From assembly GCA_000146465.1 (NCBI GenBank), contig CP001949.1: a stretch of DNA of 64,000 nucleotides; one strand, written 5' to 3'. The notes beneath the pieces were generated by a model, which saw nothing but the letters and a program-made list of their open reading frames with translations, searched no databases and was not told the DNA's origin. Numbering within the stretch: position 1 is the first letter of the stretch; each line of letters starts with the position of its first letter. A program made the position numbers and the translations under genes. This document shows, one piece after another, positions 9,850-20,483 of this stretch.

Positions 9850-10356
9850 TTATTTTTCGTTTGCATCTTTGTTTTCTGTTTTTGTATGCTCCTCCTTGTA
9901 CTTTTTTAAAAAGTCCACAACATTTTCAACCTTCTTCCCGTCCTCGTACAACAAAGGAATCTCCCCGCCGTTTTTAGAAATCGCAGTGCTATAAAGATCC
10001 AGATTCTCCTCCACGTAGAACGGTTGATAAGGCACGCCGAGGCTCTTAAGAGTATCTTCTAATTGTCTACTTTGATTACAGTTCTGCTCAAGCACCGCAA
10101 CAATTCCAGGTCCCTTAAGCTTCTCACCTATGGTACTCGTCTCAAACCCACCTGTACGTTTGGCAGCTTCAAACCCCACAGCTTTTTGCCCTGTGACTTC
10201 CATTGTCTTCGTATATACAACTCCTACACTTACAACCAGTGCAATATAATGGAAAAAGTGGAGAGATTTCATCTTTCCTAATAAGGAAATTGGGGTTAAA
10301 TAAATTTTCTCATACAATGTTTTAATATCTAAAACGCAATAAAATCGATAAGACAT
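9850..10356 (-). CDS. Thioredoxin-fold / glutaredoxin-like protein with N-terminal hydrophobic segment
   Basis: IVAVLEQNCNQSRQLEDTLKSLGVPYQPFYVEE ... GGEIPLLYEDGKKV resembles a monothiol glutaredoxin / Trx fold. Divergently paired with the glutaredoxin at 9439. Confidence 0.4.
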   Translation of the reverse strand: MSYRFYCVLDIKTLYEKIYLTPISLLGKMKSLHFFHYIALVVSVGVVYTKTMEVTGQKAVGFEAAKRTGGFETSTIGEKLKGPGIVAVLEQNCNQSRQLEDTLKSLGVPYQPFYVEENLDLYSTAISKNGGEIPLLYEDGKKVENVVDFLKKYKEEHTKTENKDANEK

Positions 10357-10468
10357 CTATCACCTTACGGAGTTGAGTCAACAGATAAGAAACTCCTACT
10401 CTTAAACGGATTTGATCAGACTGGTTTAATTTATTATTTAATGAATACAGGCTTCTTAAGAAATCATG

Positions 10469-11158
10469 CTAAATCCTCTCACGGGACAAATCCAAGAGAG
10501 CATTAACTGCAATCACCTCAAAATCCTCCAAGTCTATCTCGTGCTCATCTCTTTCTTTTGTTTGCATTTCTATGGCGTCCTTTTCTCGCTCCTCCGAATT
10601 TGATACCTTTTCTTTACCTTCCGATCCAATCATAAATTGTGGAATCTTCCCAGGTCTTTTGTCGAAGTGCCTCCTAATCAAGGACGTTGCGGCTGTGTTT
10701 GTATCGTGTCTATAGTTTCCTCTACTCCCCGAAAGTGTTCTTCTTTCGTCCCTGGGTCCTCCAAAGTCGTCATAGAACACATCCTTATCAGAATCTACCG
10801 ATATAATTTCTCTATTCCGCTTGAAGCCATCGTGTTTCATTTGGTAATCTGATGGCTTTGCTCCCAAGTTCCTTTGGTTTTCCTCTTGGTATATATTGGA
10901 TTGGTCTTGAACTCCGCTTCGATGCTCATGGAGAGTCCATCCAGTCGCTCTGTGGCCATTGCCTGTTTCCTCCACAACTCTTCTGCATCTTACTCTCGAC
11001 TTTCCGGAATCCGCTTTGAAATTTGTAGGTCTCTTCCTCCCGTGTATCTTGTAGTAAAGTCCACATGCATTACAGAGATAGCTTCCATCCTCTGCCCTCC
11101 TCCATAAAGGTGTAGCTGTGGTGTTACAGTTGCTGCAAAAGCCTTGTTTGGATAACAT
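10469..11158 (-). CDS. GATA-type zinc-finger transcription factor
   Basis: [37 protein letters not shown] is a canonical C-x2-C-x17-C-x2-C GATA finger with a basic tail. Confidence 0.85.
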   Translation of the reverse strand: MLSKQGFCSNCNTTATPLWRRAEDGSYLCNACGLYYKIHGRKRPTNFKADSGKSRVRCRRVVEETGNGHRATGWTLHEHRSGVQDQSNIYQEENQRNLGAKPSDYQMKHDGFKRNREIISVDSDKDVFYDDFGGPRDERRTLSGSRGNYRHDTNTAATSLIRRHFDKRPGKIPQFMIGSEGKEKVSNSEEREKDAIEMQTKERDEHEIDLEDFEVIAVNALLDLSRERI

Positions 11159-11365
11159 TCTTAGGGTGACATCTATTCTATCTGTTTTAGAGAGGGATCG
11201 AGGAAAGATTCATCAGGACATCCCTAGCACATTTGGGTTTTCTTCTTATATTAACTTGTTTTAGAATATCAAAGTTTGACAGCTCGGTGGGCGTTATTTA
11301 ATCCACACATCCGGCTTACAGCAGACGCCTGTACGTTAAATTGGAAATCATACACTAAATTAGAA

Positions 11366-12127
11366 TTACAAGATATGAACTCTTCGTCGTTCACGTCTTT
11401 CTCGAGAATGGCCTGTAGATATCCTGCTTCGGCAGATAGGACAGGCCAAGTTCCTGAGAAACCATTTGTCAACACATTCCTTGTGGAATGCATGGCCACA
11501 GCCAAGATTCCGAACATATCCCCCTTCTTCGAAGTCCTCTAAGCAAATAATGCAGCCTTTGTTGATGAACTCTTGGCTGGAGTAGGGACATAACAGTATT
11601 TTTTCTATTTCTTTGCTGGAGAGTCCTTCTACTTCTTCTATTCCAAAAGATAAAAACAAATAGAACACTATTGCAGCCACCAGAACAATTGGTATGTGAA
11701 GAAAGACCTGAATTGCAAGAGGGATCTTAACCTCAATGCTCTTGATCTTTATTTCTGGAGAATGGCCTAGGTTTCTTTGGCTATCCTGGCTCAGAATTGC
11801 CTTAAGCATAGAAAAGTCAAAGGACATGGTTCCAAAAGTGATGTTTTTCGACATCTCTTCGGTCCTTGAATTTATATTCTCTTTGTCTTCGATCCGGTAT
11901 ATCTCTAGACTATCCATCCAATAGTCCTTTCCCTCTCCCTCCTGCTTTGCTAAGTGTCCAAACAATTTGGGGATGGCTCGGGTCTCTATCTTGACATCTT
12001 TCAGAGTCAGCTTCTCTCCCAAGCAACTTCCCTCATCAATTGCATAAAGCGGCATGTACACACTTACGTCGAACATCTGGAGAATCACATATGCACTTAT
12101 TCTATAGACACTCATCTGTAAACACAT
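11366..12127 (-). CDS. Membrane-anchored RING-H2 E3 ubiquitin ligase
   Basis: C-terminal CIICLEDF...CGHAFHKECVDKWFLRNLACPICR (C3H2C3 RING-H2) preceded by hydrophobic helices. Confidence 0.8.
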   Translation of the reverse strand: MCLQMSVYRISAYVILQMFDVSVYMPLYAIDEGSCLGEKLTLKDVKIETRAIPKLFGHLAKQEGEGKDYWMDSLEIYRIEDKENINSRTEEMSKNITFGTMSFDFSMLKAILSQDSQRNLGHSPEIKIKSIEVKIPLAIQVFLHIPIVLVAAIVFYLFLSFGIEEVEGLSSKEIEKILLCPYSSQEFINKGCIICLEDFEEGGYVRNLGCGHAFHKECVDKWFLRNLACPICRSRISTGHSRERRERRRVHIL

Positions 12128-12292
12128 CCAAAACTCTTTTATTTAGTCTCTGATACCCGGTTTCATCCGCCAGAGTTCTATACCGGATTTCTGTGGCAGA
12201 GGAAGCCCTAGATAATAGTTCTCTATACAGTATGGAAGTACTGCTTGCATCACCAAACAAAGAGGTACAAAATAAAACCCATAAGAAATCCG

Positions 12293-13687
12293 ATGGCAAG
12301 GCTGGTGTACTCGGCATCTTCCAAGAGGATATCATGGGAAACAGAGTCTGGTGTTGCTACGCTTTGCTGTGTAGGAACTACAGATAAAAAGCCCGACTCA
12401 AAACAGATTGAATTCCAGACAATCTTGGGAATTCTCCAGGTGGAGAAAAACGAATACTGCGAGGAGTTCCTTGCATGTGTTACTAAAAGCACACTCACCG
12501 GTTTGTACGATGGGATCGAAATATACAAGATTGACAAAATCAGGTTTCTGAATATCAATGAGCCTGACAGGGCAGATGAGATTATGTCCCAAGTTAAGGG
12601 GTTTATGCAGTCCCATGATTTTTATTACTTTTCGGCATCTTTATTCATAGAAGATGAATTTGTGTGGAACAAACACATGAAAGACAATCTCCTGAAATAC
12701 TTTGGGCCAAATCCTCACCGATGGATCCTTTCACACCGGCCCGAAAGACAGTCTCTTAATCTCGGGATCTCAACACTTTTCTGTGGGTTTTTTGCAGCCA
12801 AGGCATTCAAGGTGTCGGAAGATTTCTATCATATGAAGCTTCTCTCGCTGGTGTCCTCAAGTAGAGTTGGGACAAGGTATTTATGTAGAGGTATTGACAA
12901 TGAAGGAAATGCATCTCTTTTTGTAAAGACACATTTTTTAACAAAGAGGAACAATATTACAATATTTGATTTCACCATAATCAGAGGGTCGGTTCCAATC
13001 TTCTGGAATCAGATGGAGTATGGAATCTCCACAAAAATAAACATTTATGGAGACGAGGATGGAGTGCGAAAGGCATTTGCAAAGCATTTCAAGAAGCTCA
13101 AGAGGGAATATGGAAAAGTACATGTAATCAATCTTCTAGGAGAAAAAAAACATGAAAAGCAGCTTACCTTGCACTTCAATAGACTCTTAGACCTCGAGGA
13201 CATCCCACATACAACGTTTGATTTAAATGCTCATGCAAACAACTACGACGATCTGAAGTTTCTTCTTTACTTCAAGCTGCAAAGTATCGATATGAAGGAT
13301 ACAGTCTTCCGAGTAAACTGCTTGGATTGTTTGGATAGGACAAACGTTGCACAGTCTTTGATATGCATGTTCTATTTCGAAAAAGTCGTAAGGAGCGAGG
13401 AAGTCCTGAAGAAGATGCAGGAATGCTGGGCAGACAATGGAAATTCACTAAGCAACTTATATACGGGGTCTGATGCAATGAAGAGAGAACTGGCTCTTAA
13501 GGGCAGGAGATCGTTTATTGGATACATGGATGATTTTGTCATTTCTGCAACACGGCTTATAAATGGAAGGTTTACCGATAGACAAAAGCACAGCATTATC
13601 AATGTTTTATTGGAAAAGAAGGAGGACTCAGAAGAGATAGGGGCTCTTAGCCTTGATATGGAAATCATTAATAGGCCTATATCTTGA
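12293..13687 (+). CDS. SAC1: SAC1-type phosphoinositide phosphatase
   Basis: Catalytic CX5R(T/S) motif RVNCLDCLDRTN and the overall Sac-domain layout. The track start is TTG, so I moved it to ATG (MARLVYS...). Confidence 0.8.
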   Translation: MARLVYSASSKRISWETESGVATLCCVGTTDKKPDSKQIEFQTILGILQVEKNEYCEEFLACVTKSTLTGLYDGIEIYKIDKIRFLNINEPDRADEIMSQVKGFMQSHDFYYFSASLFIEDEFVWNKHMKDNLLKYFGPNPHRWILSHRPERQSLNLGISTLFCGFFAAKAFKVSEDFYHMKLLSLVSSSRVGTRYLCRGIDNEGNASLFVKTHFLTKRNNITIFDFTIIRGSVPIFWNQMEYGISTKINIYGDEDGVRKAFAKHFKKLKREYGKVHVINLLGEKKHEKQLTLHFNRLLDLEDIPHTTFDLNAHANNYDDLKFLLYFKLQSIDMKDTVFRVNCLDCLDRTNVAQSLICMFYFEKVVRSEEVLKKMQECWADNGNSLSNLYTGSDAMKRELALKGRRSFIGYMDDFVISATRLINGRFTDRQKHSIINVLLEKKEDSEEIGALSLDMEIINRPIS

Positions 13688-13697
13688 TTAAACCCTC

Positions 13698-13970
13698 TTA
13701 AAGATGCTGCTTTACATATTCAATGGCCCTCTCAAGAACGTTTATGTCGACTCCACTCAGTCCGCCAACAAAGATTGTCCTCAGAATCCCAGACCTAAAC
13801 ATTCCATACATACGTACCCATGACCCTATATCCAGCTGCTTCTCGGTGGCCATGATGATGCTCCTCTCCTTGAATACCACCTTGTATCTCCCACTTCCAA
13901 GCCTACTCTCAACCTTTCCAAAGGAGTATATGGTTTTTCCCTCTATAGGTCTGTCCAAAAGGCTCAACAT
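13698..13970 (-). CDS. Small hypothetical protein (90 aa), possible OB-fold
   Basis: ATG-initiated and tightly packed between SAC1 and DHHC. GKVESRLGSGRYKVVFKE is vaguely eIF1A/S1-like. Weak. Confidence 0.3.
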   Translation of the reverse strand: MLSLLDRPIEGKTIYSFGKVESRLGSGRYKVVFKERSIIMATEKQLDIGSWVRMYGMFRSGILRTIFVGGLSGVDINVLERAIEYVKQHL

Positions 13971-14038
13971 CTGAAAGTTTCAAAATAAGGTGATTGGTTC
14001 CAAAATGTTCAAATAGAAGCCATCCCTTTAACAGGAAA

Positions 14039-14836
14039 ATGAGCATCAAAGCCCATGAGTCTTGTTCCGATCAGCTTAGAACAAGGTTTGTGATGTTTTT
14101 GCATATCAAAATGTACATAGGAACCTTGATGTATTGCCTGCTACTTGTCAAAACGTTTTATGGATCCCTGTGTCTTGTGCTCTTGGTTGTGGCCAACTCT
14201 TTGTCGTTTCTGAAGGCGTGTCTGAACGACCCGGGAAGAGTGAATAAAAAGACATATCATAAGTACCTGCCGGATGTGGTTGCATTTGAAAAGAACATCT
14301 CGACGCAGATATGCACCAACAAGAATGGGGATTGGATAAGAGCCATAAGGATCAACGGAACCGAGTATGAGGAAAAGTATTGTTTGGAATGTAATTTATT
14401 TCGTATTGGAGGGATGTCCCATTGTAGAGAATGCAACAGATGCATCTTAGACATGGACCATCATTGCCTATGGTTTGGAAATTGCATAGGCAGAAATAAT
14501 ATAAGGCACTTCCATATCTATCTGTACACTTTGGTTGCTGTTATCTTGGTGAATGCAGCATTGCTGTATAGCTTGATAGCCATATATCCCTGGAGAAATA
14601 CTCCACCCGGGCTAGCACTCAAAACCTTCTTATTTCTCCTTGCAGTGTTATATACCTTGTTTTTCTGTGTTATCTTTCTATTCACGGCCTTCAACATATA
14701 TGTGGCCTTGAATTCTTCAACATCAAAGGACTTCATCAAGAACGGCCTGAAAAACAAAAGGTTCGATCTTAAGAGAGCCTGCAGAAATCTCTCGAGAATC
14801 AGGCCAGAGATGTCTTCTTCTCAGCCATCGGTGTAA
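14039..14836 (+). CDS. DHHC-type palmitoyltransferase
   Basis: CRECNRCILDMDHHCLWFGNCIGRNNIRHF (DHHC-CRD) flanked by four TM helices. Start moved from the track's TTG to ATG (MSIKAHE...). Confidence 0.85.
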   Translation: MSIKAHESCSDQLRTRFVMFLHIKMYIGTLMYCLLLVKTFYGSLCLVLLVVANSLSFLKACLNDPGRVNKKTYHKYLPDVVAFEKNISTQICTNKNGDWIRAIRINGTEYEEKYCLECNLFRIGGMSHCRECNRCILDMDHHCLWFGNCIGRNNIRHFHIYLYTLVAVILVNAALLYSLIAIYPWRNTPPGLALKTFLFLLAVLYTLFFCVIFLFTAFNIYVALNSSTSKDFIKNGLKNKRFDLKRACRNLSRIRPEMSSSQPSV

Positions 14837-14904
14837 GTTGTGGTTTAAATCTCATTGAAGGCCCATTTGTAGTCCCAAATGTATAAAAAGATTTTCTTGG
14901 ATTT

Positions 14905-16806
14905 CTAGGCAACACTTGAATCATTTTCTGTTTCTGTATCATTGGGTCTACCATCGGCCTGGTAATCTCGCTTGTAGAAGAGTTCTCTGGACGTAAGAAG
15001 CATCGAGTCCTTTGACTTGAACTCGCTACAGTTGTTAAGGTGTTCAAATTCCACTCTGAAGATTGTCCATACAAATCTCCGGGTTATTTCCAGGAATACT
15101 ATCCAGAACACTGGGATCTCAAACCAATAAAAGAATACCCACGAAAATCTACACAGCACATTGAATACTATTCCGCAGCTATACGTACATCTCGGATATA
15201 TCATCTTGCTTCGGATAATGCCCCAGTCCATAAATAGATCCCAAGTGGCAGAGTATATCGATGAGATGGTGATAACCATCATCTTATAGACAAACAATTC
15301 CCATGTTCTTTTTGTCGCATATAAAGGAATAGAAAATCCAGTCAGGATGGCAAAGGAGTACTTAAGGGCATTTGCAATGTGCGGAAACTTAAGACGGGTG
15401 TCTCTATAACGCCTAATACATTGCAAGAACCTTATTATTGCAAAGAAAGAGTTGGCATACCCCTCTACCTTCCAATTGAGATGCCTCCCGCAGAAGAATA
15501 TCTTCTTGAAGCAAGGCGTAAAGCTCTGGCCAACATCTGCAAAGTAGAAATGCCTGAATCTGACAAACGACATAGGAAACACAATTATTCTAAACACGAT
15601 AAGAAGAAGATAGAACCTCGACTCGTAGTGGAGTACTTTAAATGGAATCAAAATTATAAGGAGATGGCCCAGAAGTAGATAATATGGATTAAGATGCAAA
15701 AAGGAAATATTGATCCATGTTCCAACCACATTAGCAAATATCGAGAGGGAAACCAGAAATAGATACTTATCTGAAGTCAGTGACGAGCACATATCGAAGT
15801 TGAAAATAAACTTGTAGTTTATGTGGAATCTTTTGAATATAACGAGAGATGTTCCAAAAAGAAATGCCCCGTACTGTAGAAGTACCATAGAAAAAAACAG
15901 CTCCTTATCCATCTGGCTCTTCCCAAAGTTAATTAGCCCCATCATCCCAAGAGATATCCCTCCCAGTGCACCAGACACATAAGAGATAAGGGGGTCTGCT
16001 TTGGTCTTGACCCTTAATTTCTTGAATACCGTCTTTGCTTTGGCTGGGTTGTCTTTCGCAAACACGCTTCTGTAGAGTTCTTTTACAGACCTGTATATGT
16101 CGTCAATCCGCGAGGATTTGTTGAAGTACGACTCATTAACATTTCTAGAAAAATGCTCATGAAATCTTTCCTGAGGATACGCCTTGTCGTATTTCTTTGA
16201 TAGCTTCATTAGCCCTGTGTAGTTCAACTCCCTAAACCTTTTGATGCTGATCACCGCATGAAGAAACTCTTGTATATTCTTCTCCCTTCTTCTTCTTTCC
16301 AAACGCTTGGAGATCTTGAATATCTCTCCAATGCCCTTTTCGTCTGTTCCTTTCCTTACCTTCTTAATCAAATACTCAAATCTACTGTTCCTATCTTCCG
16401 AGGATGTGCTCGACCCTTTGGAATCCTCATCATCTCCTTCCTCATCAAGCTCCATCTTCATATCCGACTTGACCCTTAGCCGATCCTGCTGGTCATCCCT
16501 CCCCATGCCATAGTCGTCACTTAAACACATGGCTTTCTTTTGTGAATCCCTTATTCTCACTCCAGGGTCCTTTGGAGACTTTTCCTCAGGGGATACCCCG
16601 GCATCGGCAAATATCTCCTCCTTTTCAAGCATAGCCTTCTTTTCCAGTAGAAAAAAGAAATCGTTTATCTTCCGAAGCTCACCATTAATCCGAGTTTTGA
16701 ACTCCTCTCTATCCTGGCTCAACAGGGGTTTGAGGGTTTCATAGGATACATAATTATCCTTCCACTCATCGACTTGGTTTGCCCTCAAAGTGTTGGAAAA
16801 TCTCAT
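14905..16806 (-). CDS. SPX-EXS domain membrane protein (SYG1/XPR1/PHO1-like phosphate homeostasis)
   Basis: N-terminal SPX start MRFSNTLRANQVDEWKDNYVSYETLKPLL, then a multi-TM region and a C-terminal EXS-like region. Start placed at the ATG matching the SPX N-terminus. Confidence 0.7.
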   Translation of the reverse strand: MRFSNTLRANQVDEWKDNYVSYETLKPLLSQDREEFKTRINGELRKINDFFFLLEKKAMLEKEEIFADAGVSPEEKSPKDPGVRIRDSQKKAMCLSDDYGMGRDDQQDRLRVKSDMKMELDEEGDDEDSKGSSTSSEDRNSRFEYLIKKVRKGTDEKGIGEIFKISKRLERRRREKNIQEFLHAVISIKRFRELNYTGLMKLSKKYDKAYPQERFHEHFSRNVNESYFNKSSRIDDIYRSVKELYRSVFAKDNPAKAKTVFKKLRVKTKADPLISYVSGALGGISLGMMGLINFGKSQMDKELFFSMVLLQYGAFLFGTSLVIFKRFHINYKFIFNFDMCSSLTSDKYLFLVSLSIFANVVGTWINISFLHLNPYYLLLGHLLIILIPFKVLHYESRFYLLLIVFRIIVFPMSFVRFRHFYFADVGQSFTPCFKKIFFCGRHLNWKVEGYANSFFAIIRFLQCIRRYRDTRLKFPHIANALKYSFAILTGFSIPLYATKRTWELFVYKMMVITISSIYSATWDLFMDWGIIRSKMIYPRCTYSCGIVFNVLCRFSWVFFYWFEIPVFWIVFLEITRRFVWTIFRVEFEHLNNCSEFKSKDSMLLTSRELFYKRDYQADGRPNDTETENDSSVA

Positions 16807-17053
16807 CCTTTTATGGGTGACATATTTTCTCCAATTCAAGTCCAATTGGAAAGAATCGAAAGACAGATGGAAAAGCTTTGCACTGGAATAGGGAGGATGG
16901 TGGAGCAGCATTCCAAGATAGGAAGGTTTCTAATAGCCCAGGAAAAGATATTAACCAGAAGAACACAGACCCTCCAAAACGGAGAGGCGCTTTGAATCCA
17001 GCTCCAAGTTCCATCAAGTTTTTATCTAGCTTCCAAATGACGTCCCACCCCAT

Positions 17054-18346
17054 ATGGAAGACAGCGGATCCAAAGAAACTATTCAAGAAGAGTCTACAAC
17101 AATTATCAAGAACGAACGAACATTCTTCAATCCTGCACAAAAATTCAATCGGGACATATCTGTAGAGATTATCAGGGAATGCTTCAAGGACTCCACTTCT
17201 ATTCGAATTTTGGATGCAATGTCTGCTACGGGGCTACGCGGAATAAGATATCTCAAGGAGATAGAAAACTCCAGAGTTTATCTGAATGACATCTCCCAAT
17301 CTTCTGTCGAGACAATCAAGGCAAACATTCTTCTGAATGGAATCGAGGATGTAGAGTGCTTTGAATCTGTCTTCCAGAATATTAAGACAAGTAAAGATGT
17401 AAGAGCCACTATTACAAAGTCTGACTGCAACGTTTTAATGGCTTCTCTCCCCTGTTTCTTCGATGTCATCGACATAGATCCCTTTGGAAGCTGTTCTGAA
17501 TACATTGACAGTGCGCTACGAGCGATTAGACACAGAGGGATCATATGCCTTACTGCAACAGACAAGGGAGTTCTGTGTTCTAACGAGAGGAAGTGCCTCA
17601 TCAAGTATTCCACAAGTATCATGAAAGGAGTGGGGACAAACGAAGTTCCGTTAAGAACAATTATATCCCTAGTGTCAAGGCAAGCATCTAAATTCGATTG
17701 TAGTGTGGAGCCAGTGGCATCTCTAAGCATTGATTTCTATGTTAGAATATTTCTTCGAATAGTAAGGAGAAATCCAAGGTCCGTGATTGAAAAAAACAGC
17801 CTTTTCTGGATGTGCACCTGCCACAACATCTTTGAAGTTAGAAATGGCGAGGACATTAGCAACAAATGTGATAACTGCAGCAGAAGAATGAAGTTGTGCG
17901 GCCCGTTCTGGAATGGCCCTCTGAACGATATAAATGTCATCCAGGGAGTCTTGAACAGAGCAAAGGAGGATAACAAGAGATTGATTGGAGTGCTAAGGCA
18001 TCTAGAGCAAGAGCTACCAACAATGTTTTATTACGAGATTCCTCGTCTGTGTTCAATACTAGGAATCAGCTCTGTCAAACAATTGAGGGTGATGCATGCG
18101 CTAGCAAATATGGGGTATCGGGTGTCTTACACACATTCGGAGCTGAATGCTATCAAGACAGATGCGCCGATTGGCTTGATAAACAAAGTGCTGTTGCTGA
18201 GCGATGGGAGTAACCAAGAAAAGGCAGAGGTGCTTGGTCTAAAGTTTGAGGGGAATAAAAATATAGAGGCTCTTGAGACCATAGAGTTTTTCAAGGGCCT
18301 TATCAAGTCGGGGATGGGGCCTCTCTCTCTTCCTAAGAAACATTAA
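17054..18346 (+). CDS. TRM1: tRNA (guanine26-N2)-dimethyltransferase TRM1
   Basis: [19 protein letters not shown] ... [19 protein letters not shown] are TRM1 N-terminal signatures. A C-terminal Cys cluster is present. 430 aa. Confidence 0.85.
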   Translation: MEDSGSKETIQEESTTIIKNERTFFNPAQKFNRDISVEIIRECFKDSTSIRILDAMSATGLRGIRYLKEIENSRVYLNDISQSSVETIKANILLNGIEDVECFESVFQNIKTSKDVRATITKSDCNVLMASLPCFFDVIDIDPFGSCSEYIDSALRAIRHRGIICLTATDKGVLCSNERKCLIKYSTSIMKGVGTNEVPLRTIISLVSRQASKFDCSVEPVASLSIDFYVRIFLRIVRRNPRSVIEKNSLFWMCTCHNIFEVRNGEDISNKCDNCSRRMKLCGPFWNGPLNDINVIQGVLNRAKEDNKRLIGVLRHLEQELPTMFYYEIPRLCSILGISSVKQLRVMHALANMGYRVSYTHSELNAIKTDAPIGLINKVLLLSDGSNQEKAEVLGLKFEGNKNIEALETIEFFKGLIKSGMGPLSLPKKH

Positions 18347-18390
18347 AGTCTTTTAAGCATACGGGTTTTTCTTTTTCCGATTTCCAGTCC

Positions 18391-18888
18391 ATGGGTATAT
18401 CTCGGCTCTATGTATTGAGTAGGCTAAACAAAACCCTCTGTTATATGTCCTGGAAGTTCCTCAATGTGTTGAAGGAGAGAACAGGAGTGGAAAGCATTAC
18501 TAAAGAACAGGTAAAAGGAATCAAGGAGCTTGTAAGGAAAGCACACGAGTGGGATGAGAAAAAGGCCCGGGAGCATATGAATTTGGTACTGAAGATGCCC
18601 GAGGAGGAGTACTCGAAGCTTTGGAAAATAGACTTATACTCTATAAGCGACTGCGATAAGGAAAAACTCAAGAACCTCGACCAAAAGACGGTGTTCAACA
18701 ATATCATGTGGCTGTCACGCAACGTAGAGAAAATAGATTCAAGTATGAGGAAGTTTCTTGGAATGCATGTCTGGGTGGTAAACTACTGGATTAAAACGGT
18801 TGGGTCGTCAACAGTCCGAAAATTCCTAAGAGAAAACAACTATAGTGGAGAGTTTGTGTACTTCCTGTATAAATACTTTAATCTCTAA
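18391..18888 (+). CDS. Hypothetical protein (165 aa)
   Basis: ATG-initiated ORF filling the spacer between TRM1 and the convergent kinase gene. No motif recognised. Confidence 0.4.
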   Translation: MGISRLYVLSRLNKTLCYMSWKFLNVLKERTGVESITKEQVKGIKELVRKAHEWDEKKAREHMNLVLKMPEEEYSKLWKIDLYSISDCDKEKLKNLDQKTVFNNIMWLSRNVEKIDSSMRKFLGMHVWVVNYWIKTVGSSTVRKFLRENNYSGEFVYFLYKYFNL

Positions 18889-20311
18889 ACACCTGTCCTT
18901 TCCAGTTTATGGCCGCGTCTTTTTCTCCGTCTTGACTAACAAATAGAATGAAGTTCACCACAAAGTCGATAAACTCGATCTTACTTCCCTCTGCAAGCGT
19001 GAGAGTGCATGTAGTAAATGGAATCTTCTCGGAAAGCTCTATCTTCACCAATAGTCCATTGGAATGATGGACGGTATATCCAGACTTCTTTCTAAAGGTT
19101 ACTTTTGGAAATGCCGACAGGGAACGTTCAATGAGGATTCTAGACATCTCCAAACTCAAATTTATGTCCCTCTTCACAGCATACATTTTTCTTCTGTTCC
19201 ATAGAAAAGGTAGAAAGCATCCCCCCCTTATAGGCTTCATTCCACGGAGTATTTCATGTCTCCATGTCCTCCTTTGGTGGGTCTGGGCCGCTTTTTCATC
19301 AACCATAAAGCTGAGGTCGACAATGCTGTAAGGACGGCAAAGACAGACTTCTCCAGGGACAAGGAGGAGGTTTCCCGACAATAACTTTCTGTTAACCAAG
19401 CAGTAGGCCGAGTACTCTCTGGAGTTTTTGTCTGTGATATTATTGAGAACATCTTCTTTTCTGAATCCTATTTCAATCAGCCTTTCGATAACTTTGCCGT
19501 CAATAAAAATTATCCTTTTTCTGTGATCCTCTCTTGTAACATTTATCCAAGGATGCTTCATTATCTGATCTATTTCTATTCTCATGGACCTGTCAGGTTC
19601 TATAATCCTTCTTATTAGGTCCTTTAATTCATCGGACAGAGACCCATCAATCTTCATCTTCGACAAAATTGCATTCCTCCCCATGAGACTTATGTCCGCA
19701 TCTTCAAAAGGCAGTCTTCCATGGACCATTGCATAGAGAATCACACCTAGACACCAAATATCAACCTCAGGGCCAACGTATGGGATTCCCCTCATGATTT
19801 CTGGAGGTGCGCATTGGGGAGTTCCGCAGTAATCCTTTAGCACGGAAGATCTGTCGTAGAATGCCGAAAGCCCAAAATCACATATCTTGACCGACTCCCC
19901 ACTGATCATGATATTTTCTAGCTTTAAGTCTCGATGCACAATAGAGTGGCTGTGGAGATAATCCACTCCATACAACATCTGGACAAACAGAGACCTTGCA
20001 TGTGTCTCGCTCAGTCTCCCGTTTCTTCTTATATACTTGTGAAGATCAATTCCTCTCACTAACTCTAGAACCAGTACCAGGTTTCTCGATGTGCTGATAC
20101 ATCCATAAAGCTTGCATATGTTTTCATGGTCTAGGATCAATTGTATCTTCGGTTCAAAACTATTCTTCCATTGGTCCACATCCTTTTTGGCAAATTTTAT
20201 GGCCACATCCATCCCGGTAATTTTGTCAACGGCCGATAATACATCTCCATAGCTTCCCGAGCCAAGCACTCCAGTTATATCAAAGTTCAAAAACTTTCTT
20301 TGAAGGTGCAT
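18878..20311 (-). CDS. Serine/threonine protein kinase, CAMK-like (Kin1/MARK-type) with non-catalytic C-terminal domain
   Basis: GxGxxG (LGSGSYGDV), VAIK, HRDLKLENIM, DFGLS and GTPQCAPPE are all present. About 200 aa of C-terminal extension. Confidence 0.85.
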   Translation of the reverse strand: MHLQRKFLNFDITGVLGSGSYGDVLSAVDKITGMDVAIKFAKKDVDQWKNSFEPKIQLILDHENICKLYGCISTSRNLVLVLELVRGIDLHKYIRRNGRLSETHARSLFVQMLYGVDYLHSHSIVHRDLKLENIMISGESVKICDFGLSAFYDRSSVLKDYCGTPQCAPPEIMRGIPYVGPEVDIWCLGVILYAMVHGRLPFEDADISLMGRNAILSKMKIDGSLSDELKDLIRRIIEPDRSMRIEIDQIMKHPWINVTREDHRKRIIFIDGKVIERLIEIGFRKEDVLNNITDKNSREYSAYCLVNRKLLSGNLLLVPGEVCLCRPYSIVDLSFMVDEKAAQTHQRRTWRHEILRGMKPIRGGCFLPFLWNRRKMYAVKRDINLSLEMSRILIERSLSAFPKVTFRKKSGYTVHHSNGLLVKIELSEKIPFTTCTLTLAEGSKIEFIDFVVNFILFVSQDGEKDAAINWKGQVFRD

Positions 20312-20483
20312 ATGCTCTGTTATTTCCTCGGAGAGTATTTCAAAAAGTGTTTCATATTATGAAGCATTGCTTTTGTCTTGAATATTCAATACATGAGTAT
20401 TGGAAAGTACCGCTTGGGAGATGCAAACACAGACAGACGTTTCGGAAATTCTGGCCTCGATGAGTATAAAATTCTAATAAATA

